The notes beneath the pieces are model-generated. The model was not told the origin of the DNA. It saw only the letters and a program-made list of their open reading frames with translations, and ran no database searches. A stretch of 64,000 nucleotides of DNA. Origin: an uncultured Staphylococcaceae bacterium. Lineage in GTDB: Bacteria > Bacillota_I > Bacilli_A > ML615J-28 > CAG-313. Shown one piece after another: positions 49,537-58,256 of the stretch. Position numbers and translations under genes: made by a program. The stretch's first letter is position 1, and the number at the start of each line of letters is the position of its first letter. The DNA lies in NCBI GenBank assembly GCA_964541525.1, contig CAZIQF010000002.1, positions 1,775 to 65,774 of the forward strand, in the 5' to 3' direction.

Positions 49537-49872
49537 TTATTTGACACTAACTTCGATGCCAACTACACCATATTTTTTTATATTTTCATCACTATAATAA
49601 GTTAACATATCGATAGGATTTGCTATTTCATTTTCGCTATACCCAATTGAAATCTTATTATGATGTTTATATAGTTCGTAAAAATTCTCATATTTATATA
49701 AATTAATAACCACACATTTCAATATTTCACTAGTTTTTGTATTGACAAATTCAATAACATCACCAATTGAAATTAATGAACGCTTTTCATCACATAATCT
49801 CATTTCAATTGTTTTTGTTTTATTCTTAATTTTTAGAAAAGAATCATTCCAAAGATTCATTTTATGAGTCAT
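49537..49872 (-). CDS. ASCH-domain (PUA-like) protein
   Basis: 111 aa. N-terminal SFLKIKNKTKTIEMRLCDEKRSLISIGDVIEF follows the ASCH pattern (beta-barrel, conserved K/R and GD). Confidence 0.5.
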   Translation of the reverse strand: MTHKMNLWNDSFLKIKNKTKTIEMRLCDEKRSLISIGDVIEFVNTKTSEILKCVVINLYKYENFYELYKHHNKISIGYSENEIANPIDMLTYYSDENIKKYGVVGIEVSVK

Positions 49873-49974
49873 TTCATCATCACTTCCTACATTACAAATT
49901 CTAATTTATTGTTTATTTAATTTTACCACAAAACGACCAAAAAGTATATTTATATGGTTATTTAAATTGGAGAT

Positions 49975-50075
49975 TTCTAGTAATCGTTAAATTGTTAGGT
50001 AATCGTTAAAAGGTTCATAAATTTGCATACCCTAAACCTTATAATCGTTAAAAGGTTCAAGCTTCGCTCACGTTC
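49975..50075. repeat. 5-prime module E (same architecture as module D) upstream of ASCH gene
   Basis: tagTAATCGTTAAAttgttaggTAATCGTTAAAaggttcataaatTTGCATACCCTAAAccttaTAATCGTTAAAaggttcaagcttcgctcacg. Confidence 0.6.
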
Positions 50076-50142
50076 GCCTATTAATTAATGGTTGAAAAAG
50101 TATCCTTATAAAATAAAAAACGCCCACACAGGGCAAATAAAA

Positions 50143-50168
50143 GGCATAACGGCGGGACTTGAACCCAT
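50143..50168 (-). other. tRNA 3-prime-end-like fragment (T-arm GGGTTCAAGTCCC plus acceptor strand)
   Basis: Minus strand reads GGGTTCAAGTCCCGCCGTTATGCC. It is not part of a complete tRNA. Confidence 0.25.
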
Positions 50169-50175
50169 ATAATAA

Positions 50176-50206
50176 TAAAAAATCTCGATACTTTTATTGT
50201 ATCAAG
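50176..50206 (-). terminator. Terminator of tRNA-Lys (REP-like hairpin)
   Basis: Minus strand CTTGATAC-aataaaa-GTATCGAG-ATTTTTT directly after the tRNA. Confidence 0.55.
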
Positions 50207-50221
50207 ATTAATCATCTCAAA

Positions 50222-50297
50222 TGGTACACCCTTAGGGACTCGAACCCTAGACCCACTGATTAAGAGTCAGTTGCTCTACCAACTGAGCTAAGGGTGC
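50222..50297 (-). tRNA. tRNA-Lys (anticodon CTT)
   Basis: Minus strand reads GCACCCTTAGCTCAGTTGGTAGAGCA-ACTGA-CTCTTAA-TCAGT-GGGTCTAGGGTTCGAGTCCCTAAGGGTGTACCA with a canonical cloverleaf and encoded CCA. Confidence 0.85.
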
Positions 50298-50404
50298 ATA
50301 ATTTTAGCAATATTATTATATCAAAAAAGTCAGATAAAGTAAAGTGTTTTGATTTTTTAGTATGAAAAATTAATTATGATAGGTAGTTAAAGTTTAAGAA
50401 GAAG

Positions 50405-50447
50405 TAAAAAAGAAATACTTTATCATAATCTTAAAGTATTTCTTTTT
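50405..50447 (-). terminator. Terminator downstream of dedA-family gene
   Basis: AAAGAAATACTTTA-loop-TAAAGTATTTCTTT flanked by A/T runs. Confidence 0.5.
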
Positions 50448-50464
50448 GGATTATTTGGGTTTAA

Positions 50465-51199
50465 TTATGATTTTTCTTTATGCTTCTTTTTTGTAAAAAG
50501 ATTTGTGAACCAATCTTGAATTTGATCTGCATATTTGTAAGAATAAATAAAGGCTATAATTCCTAAAATACTGATTGCAATGATTACTGGAATTCCCCAA
50601 TCATGGTAAGGGATTAATTCTCCTGATAAAAAGATTAAGGTAGCTCCTATTGAGGTTATTCTAGTGATAATTTGCATAATAATGTATGTTTTCCAAGAAA
50701 TTGATGTGATGCCGGCAATCATACATAGTAAGTCATCAGGAAAAAATGGAAATAAGAACATAAAGAATAAGATAACGGTTTCTTTACCTTTCATTTTAGT
50801 TAGATAGTCCTCAACTTTTTGTTTATCGCCTGCTACCCAATATACAAATTTTTTTCCTAAAATTCGTCCTAAAAAGAAGGCAAATAGTCCACCTAAAAAC
50901 ATTCCAATCAATGAATATATAAATGATTCAATGAATCCAAATAAATAACTTCCAGCAAGAATTGTAATTGATCCAGGAATGGGAATAATTGTTACTTGTA
51001 AGAAGGAAATAATGATAAAGATAATCGGCGCCCAAACTCCTGTTTGATTGATATATTCTTGTAATGCTTCTCTAGATATGTTAGTTAATCCTAGAGCACG
51101 AAAAATCAAATATCCAATGATAATAATTAAAATTAAAATGATTAGTGATACACTTAATTTAGTTAGTGTTTTTTTAGATTCAGTTGTTAATTTTTTCAT
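50465..51199 (-). CDS. DedA/TVP38/TMEM64-family membrane protein (SNARE_assoc)
   Basis: 244 aa. G..YLFG and F.PFFP motifs of DedA/TVP38. Confidence 0.75.
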   Translation of the reverse strand: MKKLTTESKKTLTKLSVSLIILILIIIIGYLIFRALGLTNISREALQEYINQTGVWAPIIFIIISFLQVTIIPIPGSITILAGSYLFGFIESFIYSLIGMFLGGLFAFFLGRILGKKFVYWVAGDKQKVEDYLTKMKGKETVILFFMFLFPFFPDDLLCMIAGITSISWKTYIIMQIITRITSIGATLIFLSGELIPYHDWGIPVIIAISILGIIAFIYSYKYADQIQDWFTNLFTKKKHKEKS

Positions 51200-51345
51200 C
51201 TTGATAATTCACCCCATTTTTGTTGTTAGGATACAAAACAAATATTAATTAAACATTAATTATTGATAATTAAAAATACATTTAGTGGGTAAAATCAATA
51301 ATAATTTGGTATAATAAACTAAAATATGAAGAAAGGTAAGATAAC

Positions 51346-52116
51346 ATGTGGTCAAATAATTTTCCAGAAGAAGATATTATCGGTATTTTTAATTTTAAGC
51401 ACTATTTAATTATTGTCGTATATTTATTATTAGCAGTTTATTTAGCAGTTAAACTAAGAAAAATGCCACATTTGAAAATTAAGCGATTATTAGCTATAGT
51501 TGCTATTTCATTAACATTTGCAGAAATGGTTAAAGATGCAGATATTATATTACATCACGGTCACGTTCGCAGTTGGTTACAGCTTGCTTATTGTAGTTTA
51601 TTTCTACCTGCATCGTGGATGGCTTTGAGTAAAAATAAGTTGATTAATAAACTTGGATCTGCATATTTAGTTATTGGCGGTATTGTGGGTGGAACGTTAT
51701 ATATTTTTGTTCCTAATGGTTCGATTACGACTTATCCATTATATCATATAAAAGCTATTCATGCGATTTTGTATCATTTTTTCATGGTATTTTTAGGCTT
51801 ATTATGTTTGTGTAGTAAGTATTATGAACTTAAAAAAAGTGATTTTAAATATTATTTTATTTATATGAGTTTTTTTACGATTCTTGCTTTAGGATTAAAT
51901 GAATTATTTGATTGCCATGCGCTTTTTTTAAATGATCCTAGTGGTATAAGTTTTCTTATTTCAATTTATGAAGCAAGCCCTATAATTTATGCCATACTTG
52001 TATATCTTTTTGAAGCAGTTTTTGCTTTCTTTGGAGTTTATTATGGTTATATCTTAGTTAAAAAGGTACTTAAATATTTTCAATTAAAACGTCAAACAAT
52101 TGAAGAGTATAATTAA
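51346..52116 (+). CDS. YwaF/TMEM164-like polytopic membrane protein
   Basis: 256 aa with 7-8 TM segments. The family assignment is weak. Confidence 0.35.
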   Translation: MWSNNFPEEDIIGIFNFKHYLIIVVYLLLAVYLAVKLRKMPHLKIKRLLAIVAISLTFAEMVKDADIILHHGHVRSWLQLAYCSLFLPASWMALSKNKLINKLGSAYLVIGGIVGGTLYIFVPNGSITTYPLYHIKAIHAILYHFFMVFLGLLCLCSKYYELKKSDFKYYFIYMSFFTILALGLNELFDCHALFLNDPSGISFLISIYEASPIIYAILVYLFEAVFAFFGVYYGYILVKKVLKYFQLKRQTIEEYN

Positions 52117-52170
52117 TAAAAAAGTTCTTTCGAGTGAAAGAACTTTTTTTGATTAAAAGGGATCTAGGAA

Positions 52171-53550
52171 TTATTTGTTTGTTGAATATTCGTTTAATTG
52201 ATCAATTAATTGTTGTTTATAAGCCTTTAGTTGATTGTAACCACTAGTTATATCTTCTTGATAACTAGTTTCAAAATATTCTAGCATTTTAGCTTTTTCT
52301 TCATTAACTTTTTGACTAATTTGATTTGCATTATTAGTCATCAAAGTATTTAATTCTTCATTGCTGATGATAAATGAATTAAGTGCTTCCATACATGAAC
52401 TAAATGATGTAGTGACGATGTTTAATCCAGTTTCTGCAGCTAGTTTTGCTGCTTCAAGTGCCGATTGAGCTGATAATAATGCTGTTTCTTTAAGTGATAG
52501 GATTGTTTGCTTTTGTGATTTTTCAAGACCATCTTCAAGTGCTTCAACTTCAGTACGTAATCTTAATACTTCGGCCTTTAATTCTAAGATACGATTATAT
52601 GCTTGTTGATAATTTGAATCTTCAGCAATAAATGCATCGTAATATGCAGTTTTTAATGAAGATAAAGCTTCGTTGCCATTAATGTATAAATTATTATAGG
52701 TATTAATAATTGTTGTATTAATTGAAGAAGAAGTAGATAGAATTGCTTTAAAGAAAGTACTTTCAGCAAGATTTAGTTCATATTCTTTAAATTGATTATA
52801 CATGTTTTCTAGTTCTTTTGTTGGTAATTCATTTAATTCTAGATATGAAGCAGTGATTTTTGCAAGTAATTGTTTATTTGATAATTCATTTGCGGCTTCA
52901 ATTGTTAATGTAGGATCTAAACTAACGGCAATATTAACTAATTGTTCTTTTGTGTTATTTTTAACAATTGCTAATTTTTCATTAACATTGACATTTAATT
53001 CATTTAATTTAGTTGTAACATTAGTTTTTAGTTCTTCAACCATTGCATTAAGTTCATTGGTATTTAATTCACAATCAACGGTTATTTTTAAATTATTGTA
53101 TTGTTCTTCATCGGTGTTTTGAACAAAATAACCACAATTTACTTCTATTTCTAGAATTTTATTGATTGCAAGTTTTGCTTCTTGACCAATAATTTGATTT
53201 TCTTCATCAAGTAATATCATTTTTCCTTCATCATTATTACCATAAACACTTGTAACAATTCCTTTTTCATCAATTGTTAAGGAGATACTTGGATTTATTT
53301 CCATAGTAATAACACTATCTTTGACTGCAACATTGGCTTTATCTTTGTTCAAAGAACAGCCTAACACAATTACTGCAGCAATTAGGATTAATGAGCATGT
53401 GCTTAAAATAAATAATTTTTTAGTTTTCATAGATAAATTCCTTTCTTTTTTGGGTAGAATATTTAATTTTTGTTTTAATTCATCGAGATTGTTTTCGTGT
53501 TCATATGCTTGATGATAGGTAGAATTAATTTTTTGTTTTAAGTTATTCAT
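52171..53550 (-). CDS. Putative anti-sigma factor (single TM, long extracytoplasmic coiled-coil domain)
   Basis: Overlaps the upstream ECF sigma gene by 8 bp. Cytoplasmic N-terminus, then TM (LFILSTCSLILIAAVIVLGC), then a roughly 380-aa helical domain. Confidence 0.45.
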   Translation of the reverse strand: MNNLKQKINSTYHQAYEHENNLDELKQKLNILPKKERNLSMKTKKLFILSTCSLILIAAVIVLGCSLNKDKANVAVKDSVITMEINPSISLTIDEKGIVTSVYGNNDEGKMILLDEENQIIGQEAKLAINKILEIEVNCGYFVQNTDEEQYNNLKITVDCELNTNELNAMVEELKTNVTTKLNELNVNVNEKLAIVKNNTKEQLVNIAVSLDPTLTIEAANELSNKQLLAKITASYLELNELPTKELENMYNQFKEYELNLAESTFFKAILSTSSSINTTIINTYNNLYINGNEALSSLKTAYYDAFIAEDSNYQQAYNRILELKAEVLRLRTEVEALEDGLEKSQKQTILSLKETALLSAQSALEAAKLAAETGLNIVTTSFSSCMEALNSFIISNEELNTLMTNNANQISQKVNEEKAKMLEYFETSYQEDITSGYNQLKAYKQQLIDQLNEYSTNK

Positions 53551-54055
53551 TAGTATCTACCTCCTTTTTTAAAGTTTTAATGGCTTGATAGTATTTTGCT
53601 TGAGTAATACCAATGGAAATGTTTTTAAATTCAGCTATTTCTTTAAATTTTAAATTATGGACAATTTTTAAAATCACGATTTCAGCACTTTCCTCATCTA
53701 AAGATTCGTTAATAAATATCATCATTTTTTTGAGATTATTTTCATCCTTTTGCAGATTGATTTGTTCTTCATCATAAATTGGTTGTTTGTTAAGATCACG
53801 GGTTACATAGTTTTTACTTAAATTTCTTGCAATCATCATTATATATTGTTTGAATTTTCCCGTTTCTTGATAATTATCCAATGAAGTGATTAATTTGATA
53901 AAGGTTTCTTGAACCAAATTTTCACTGGCATAACGATCTTTTGTAATTTGATAACAAATATAATAGATTAATTTTTCATATTCATAATAGATTTGTTCAA
54001 AAGTTGCCTCATCTTTTGCTTTTAATTTTTCAATTGTACGTTTTGTAATCAGCAT
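53543..54055 (-). CDS. ECF-type sigma-70 family RNA polymerase sigma factor
   Basis: Region 2 (YYICYQITKDRYASENLVQETFIKL) and region 4 HTH (KFKEIAEFKNISIGITQAKYYQAIKTLKK). 170 aa. Confidence 0.7.
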   Translation of the reverse strand: MLITKRTIEKLKAKDEATFEQIYYEYEKLIYYICYQITKDRYASENLVQETFIKLITSLDNYQETGKFKQYIMMIARNLSKNYVTRDLNKQPIYDEEQINLQKDENNLKKMMIFINESLDEESAEIVILKIVHNLKFKEIAEFKNISIGITQAKYYQAIKTLKKEVDTNE

Positions 54056-54228
54056 ATGATTAAATTCTACCTTTCATTATTCATAACACAAAAAATTGTA
54101 TTTTTATTTTAAAAATTTATTTTTTTTTAAAAAATTGTATCATATTTTAAAAAAAATGACAATAAAAAAATATGTAAAAAGCGTGTAAATCGATTAAAAA
54201 TATGGTATTTTAATGTTAAATATAATTA

Positions 54229-54546
54229 ATGAAAGGATTTAATATGTTAAAAATTACTAAAGAAAATTTTAAAGAAATAATTGATAATCATGAAGTCGTT
54301 ATAATTGACTTTTGGGCTGATTGGTGTAACCCGTGTCTTGCATTAGGTCCAATTTTAGAAAATGTTGCGAAACACTATCCTCATATTGCTTGTGGTAAAG
54401 TTAATATCGATGAGGAAGAAGAACTAGCAATGGGATTTGAAATTACATCAATTCCATATGTGGTAAAAATTGTTAATGGTAAAATTGATAGTTCATTTGT
54501 TGGATTAAGACCTGAAGGATTTGTTGATGAGTTTTTTAGAAAATAA
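54229..54546 (+). CDS. trxA: Thioredoxin (variant active site WCNPC)
   Basis: 105 aa thioredoxin fold. The CxxC motif reads WCNPC rather than the canonical WCGPC. Confidence 0.7.
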   Translation: MKGFNMLKITKENFKEIIDNHEVVIIDFWADWCNPCLALGPILENVAKHYPHIACGKVNIDEEEELAMGFEITSIPYVVKIVNGKIDSSFVGLRPEGFVDEFFRK

Positions 54547-55408
54547 AGTATATGATTGCATTGTGATTGGTAATGGTCCATCAGGAGTTAGTGCGGCAAT
54601 TTATTTAAAACGCTTCAATTTAGATGTCTTGATTATTGGTAAAGATAATGGAAGCCTAATGGCAAATACGCCAATCGAAAATTACTATGGTATTGAATCG
54701 ATTTTAGGAAATGATTTGATTGAAAAAGGCATTATGCAAGCTAGAAGATTGAATATTGAAGTAGTAAAAGATGAAGTTATCAGTATTGAAACTGGTAGTG
54801 AATTTAAAATTATGACGCCTAATCATCAATATGCTTCGAAGAGTGTTTATCTTGCATGTGGTAAAAGTCGAAATAAATTAAAAATTGATCATTTAGATGA
54901 ATATGTGGGTAGGGGCATTTCCTATTGTGCTATTTGTGATGGTTTTCTTTACCGTAAAAAACGGATTGGTATCATTGGTGCTGGTGAATATATGAAAAGT
55001 GAATTAGCCATCCTTAGACGTTTTTCTGATGATATTACGATTTTCACTAATGGTGAGATTATGCAAAGTGAAAATCATGTTGTCACTGAAAAAATTGTTC
55101 GTTTTTTTGGTGAAAATAAATTAGAAGGGATAATAACTGAAACCAACACATATCATCTTGATGCCTGTTTTATTGCGAATGGCAGTGCTAGTGGTGTAAG
55201 TTTTGCAAAACATTTAGGAATTTTATTAGATGATAATGATGAAATTATTGTGAATGAATATCAAACTAATATTGAAGGAATCTTTGCTGGTGGCGATATC
55301 ATTAAAGGATTAAAACAAATTGCAAAAGCAGTTAGTGATGGTGCTTGTGCAGCGATTGAAATTAATAAATATTTGAGGAGATGTGATGATGAGAAATCTA
55401 ATTCTTAA
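54521..55408 (+). CDS. trxB: Thioredoxin-disulfide reductase-like flavoprotein
   Basis: FAD motif IGNGPSGVSAAIY, redox CAICDG and NAD(P) motif GIIGAGEY. 295 aa. Confidence 0.7.
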   Translation: MLMSFLENKVYDCIVIGNGPSGVSAAIYLKRFNLDVLIIGKDNGSLMANTPIENYYGIESILGNDLIEKGIMQARRLNIEVVKDEVISIETGSEFKIMTPNHQYASKSVYLACGKSRNKLKIDHLDEYVGRGISYCAICDGFLYRKKRIGIIGAGEYMKSELAILRRFSDDITIFTNGEIMQSENHVVTEKIVRFFGENKLEGIITETNTYHLDACFIANGSASGVSFAKHLGILLDDNDEIIVNEYQTNIEGIFAGGDIIKGLKQIAKAVSDGACAAIEINKYLRRCDDEKSNS

Positions 55409-56396
55409 AGAAAATTATCAATCAAAATTAGATTTGATTGAAACAGAAGTTGCAATTAAATTTATTAAAGATAACTTTGAAAAGTTTTTGGCAAGTGAGT
55501 TAAACTTAATTAGAATTTCAGCACCACTATTTGTAACAAACGATAGTGGGTTAAATGATCATCTAAATGGTGTAGAACGTCCAGTTGCTTTTGATATCCT
55601 AAATTTGGACAAAAAGGCGGAAATCGTGCAATCTCTTGCAAAATGGAAGCGTTATGCGTTAAAAAAATATCATTTTGATGTTAATATGGGGATTTATACC
55701 GATATGAATGCTATCAGACGTGACGAAGAACTAGATAGTCTTCATTCAATCTATGTCGATCAATGGGATTGGGAAAAAGTAATTAGAAAAGAGGATCGAA
55801 ATTTTGAGTTTTTAAAAACAACAGTAAAAAAGATCTATCAAGCGCTATTAAAGGTTGAAACATTACTTTTAGAAAAATATCCAATGCTGAATAAAAAGTT
55901 AGCTAGTGAAATTACATTTATATCATCTAATGAATTAGCCGAATTATATCCTAATTGTACTAGTAAAGAACGTGAGAACTTAATTTGTCAAAAATATGGT
56001 TCAGTATTTATTTATCAAATTGGTTGGCCACTTAAAGATGGCCTACCACATGATTTAAGAGCTAGTGATTATGATGATTGGAACTTAAATGGTGATATCT
56101 TTGTATGGTATGATGAATTAAAGATTGCGTTGGAATTGTCAAGTATGGGAATTAGAGTGGATAAGGATTCACTTGTTAAACAAGTTACGTTTAAAAATGA
56201 AGTTGGTAAATTAAGTAATCCCTATTCACTAAGTGTCTTGAATGAAGAACTACCATTTACGATTGGTGGTGGGATTGGTCAATCAAGAATTTGTATGTTC
56301 TTTTTAGAAAAAGCTCATATTGGTGAGGTTCAAGCCTCGCTTTGGAGTGATGAAGATATCAAATTATTAAAAAAATATCATATTAATTTATTATAG
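55383..56396 (+). CDS. asnA: Aspartate--ammonia ligase (asparagine synthetase A)
   Basis: SLAKWKR, LHSIYVDQWDWEKV, SSMGIRVD and GGGIGQSR match AsnA along its length. Confidence 0.8.
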   Translation: MMMRNLILKENYQSKLDLIETEVAIKFIKDNFEKFLASELNLIRISAPLFVTNDSGLNDHLNGVERPVAFDILNLDKKAEIVQSLAKWKRYALKKYHFDVNMGIYTDMNAIRRDEELDSLHSIYVDQWDWEKVIRKEDRNFEFLKTTVKKIYQALLKVETLLLEKYPMLNKKLASEITFISSNELAELYPNCTSKERENLICQKYGSVFIYQIGWPLKDGLPHDLRASDYDDWNLNGDIFVWYDELKIALELSSMGIRVDKDSLVKQVTFKNEVGKLSNPYSLSVLNEELPFTIGGGIGQSRICMFFLEKAHIGEVQASLWSDEDIKLLKKYHINLL

Positions 56397-56398
56397 AG

Positions 56399-56929
56399 GT
56401 GTCGATGAAAAAATTATTAATTGTTGTTGATTTTCAAAATGATTTTGTTACAGGTAGTCTAGGTAATGAAAATGCAGTAAAAATTATTGATAACATTAAA
56501 ACCAAAATTGAAACATATTTAACTAATAGTTATGATATTATTTATACACTAGATACACATAATGAAGATTATCTAAATACATTAGAAGGCAAATTATTGC
56601 CAGTAGTTCATTGTATCGATCATACTTTTGGTCATAAAGTTGTTGATGGTTGCGATTACTTAGATCAAGCAGTTAAAGTATTTAAAAAGCCAACATTTCC
56701 ATCTTTAGAACTTGCTGAATATTTAAAAGAGCATCCATATGATGTTGTTGAATTATGTGGTGTTGTTTCCAATATTTGTGTATTAAGCAATGCGGTTATG
56801 GTAAAATCGGTATTACCTAACGCACGGATTATGATTGATGTTAACTGTACTGCATCAAATGATTTAGAAATGCAGGAGAAAGCATTTGATTTATTAGAAA
56901 ATATTCATATTGAATTAATAAATCGGTAG
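56399..56929 (+). CDS. Isochorismatase-family cysteine hydrolase (PncA-like)
   Basis: LIVVDFQNDF N-terminal motif, catalytic Cys in ELCGVVSNICV. 176 aa. Confidence 0.65.
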   Translation: MSMKKLLIVVDFQNDFVTGSLGNENAVKIIDNIKTKIETYLTNSYDIIYTLDTHNEDYLNTLEGKLLPVVHCIDHTFGHKVVDGCDYLDQAVKVFKKPTFPSLELAEYLKEHPYDVVELCGVVSNICVLSNAVMVKSVLPNARIMIDVNCTASNDLEMQEKAFDLLENIHIELINR

Positions 56930-57011
56930 TATATTAGTCATAGAAACTAATCAATGTTTTTATGACTTTTTATTATAAATACGATTGGTTTTATTGATAA
57001 AAAGATAATAA

Positions 57012-58214
57012 TTGTGTATAATGATAGTGAATAATTTTGATGAGGTAGCTATGAATAATCAAGAACGAATTGAAGCAATTAAAAAACTACTTATTAAAGG
57101 GCATGAAACTAATGTTTTACCTAAAACATTTAAGGTATTTGGTTATCAATATAATTATTATACAACTATATTTGGTGATTTAAATCTTTACTGGTTTGCT
57201 GATCATGAAGTAAAAGAAGCGATTATTCCCTTAAATCAAGATAGTAAGAATAATAATCGACCAGGAACTAAAAAACAATCAATATTATATGTTTGTGTCC
57301 ATGATACTGCAAGTTCAGCTCCTACGGCTGGAGCTTTAGCTCATAGTAATTATTTACATGCTGGTGGTGGCGGTACAAGTTGGCATTATAGTTGTGGTGA
57401 TGATGTAGTATATCATCAAATTCCTGATGATGAAATTGCATATCACGCTGGAGATGGATTACAAATCCAAGCAGAGTATACTAATACTAATGTTCATGCA
57501 ACAACTTTAAAACCACTTATTGAAATTAATGATGGCTATTATTATTTTAATGGTCAAAAATCAACGATTAAAGTTCCAGATTTAACGCTTGTAGATAATC
57601 TAGATGGTACATATAGTTTAACTTCAATGGGAGTTGTGCAAAAAACCTTTGATCATTTTCCTAATCGTGATTTTAATGTTGTGCTTACAACTAAACATAT
57701 AAATGATCAAGGATTAAAGACAATCATTAAAGAAGATGGTAATTATTATTTGGCTCCGACATACTATAATTATACTTATGGGTATATCGCTAATCGTTTA
57801 GGAAATTTATATAGCATTGGTATTGAAACTATGGTGAATGAAGGTTCTAATCTTTTAAAGACTTATCATCGGTGTGCTAAATTATGTGCTCATTTAATTA
57901 AAAAGTATCATTTAACGGTAGATGACGTTGTCCCCCATCATTACTTTAGTGGTAAACCTTGTCCGCAAACAATGCGTTACAATCAAATGTGGGATACATT
58001 TAAAGCGATGGTAGAAATCGAATATGAGATTTTAATGTTATTGGGTGATGATGGAAAAATTGGTTTTGAATGTAATAATACTAATGTTGATTTAGGAATT
58101 ATTAATAATGATTTAGAAATAAGCCAAAAAATATCATATACTGTTGAAATTAAAATTGGGTTATTAAGTGAAAAAATTACTTTAGAAAGCAAATATTCAA
58201 ACATTAACATTTGA
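57012..58214 (+). CDS. Putative N-acetylmuramoyl-L-alanine amidase (Amidase_2/PGRP-like domain)
   Basis: YVCVHDTASS ... HYS..D. ... GIETMVNEGS ... VVPHHYFSGKPCPQ resembles the zinc-amidase fold. The assignment is uncertain. Confidence 0.45.
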   Translation: MCIMIVNNFDEVAMNNQERIEAIKKLLIKGHETNVLPKTFKVFGYQYNYYTTIFGDLNLYWFADHEVKEAIIPLNQDSKNNNRPGTKKQSILYVCVHDTASSAPTAGALAHSNYLHAGGGGTSWHYSCGDDVVYHQIPDDEIAYHAGDGLQIQAEYTNTNVHATTLKPLIEINDGYYYFNGQKSTIKVPDLTLVDNLDGTYSLTSMGVVQKTFDHFPNRDFNVVLTTKHINDQGLKTIIKEDGNYYLAPTYYNYTYGYIANRLGNLYSIGIETMVNEGSNLLKTYHRCAKLCAHLIKKYHLTVDDVVPHHYFSGKPCPQTMRYNQMWDTFKAMVEIEYEILMLLGDDGKIGFECNNTNVDLGIINNDLEISQKISYTVEIKIGLLSEKITLESKYSNINI

Positions 58215-58256
58215 AATATTTGGTGAGATATGGTATAATCAATCTATTATAGGAGT

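Noticed and set aside
44190-50075. Possibility that TTGCATACCCTTAG repeats are degenerate tRNA-Lys 5-prime-end copies (GCACCCTTAG)
   Set aside because: The similarity is only about 12 nt, is in inverted orientation relative to the tRNA gene, and is not extended by the flanking sequence. It is more likely coincidental, so I did not call it an att site.
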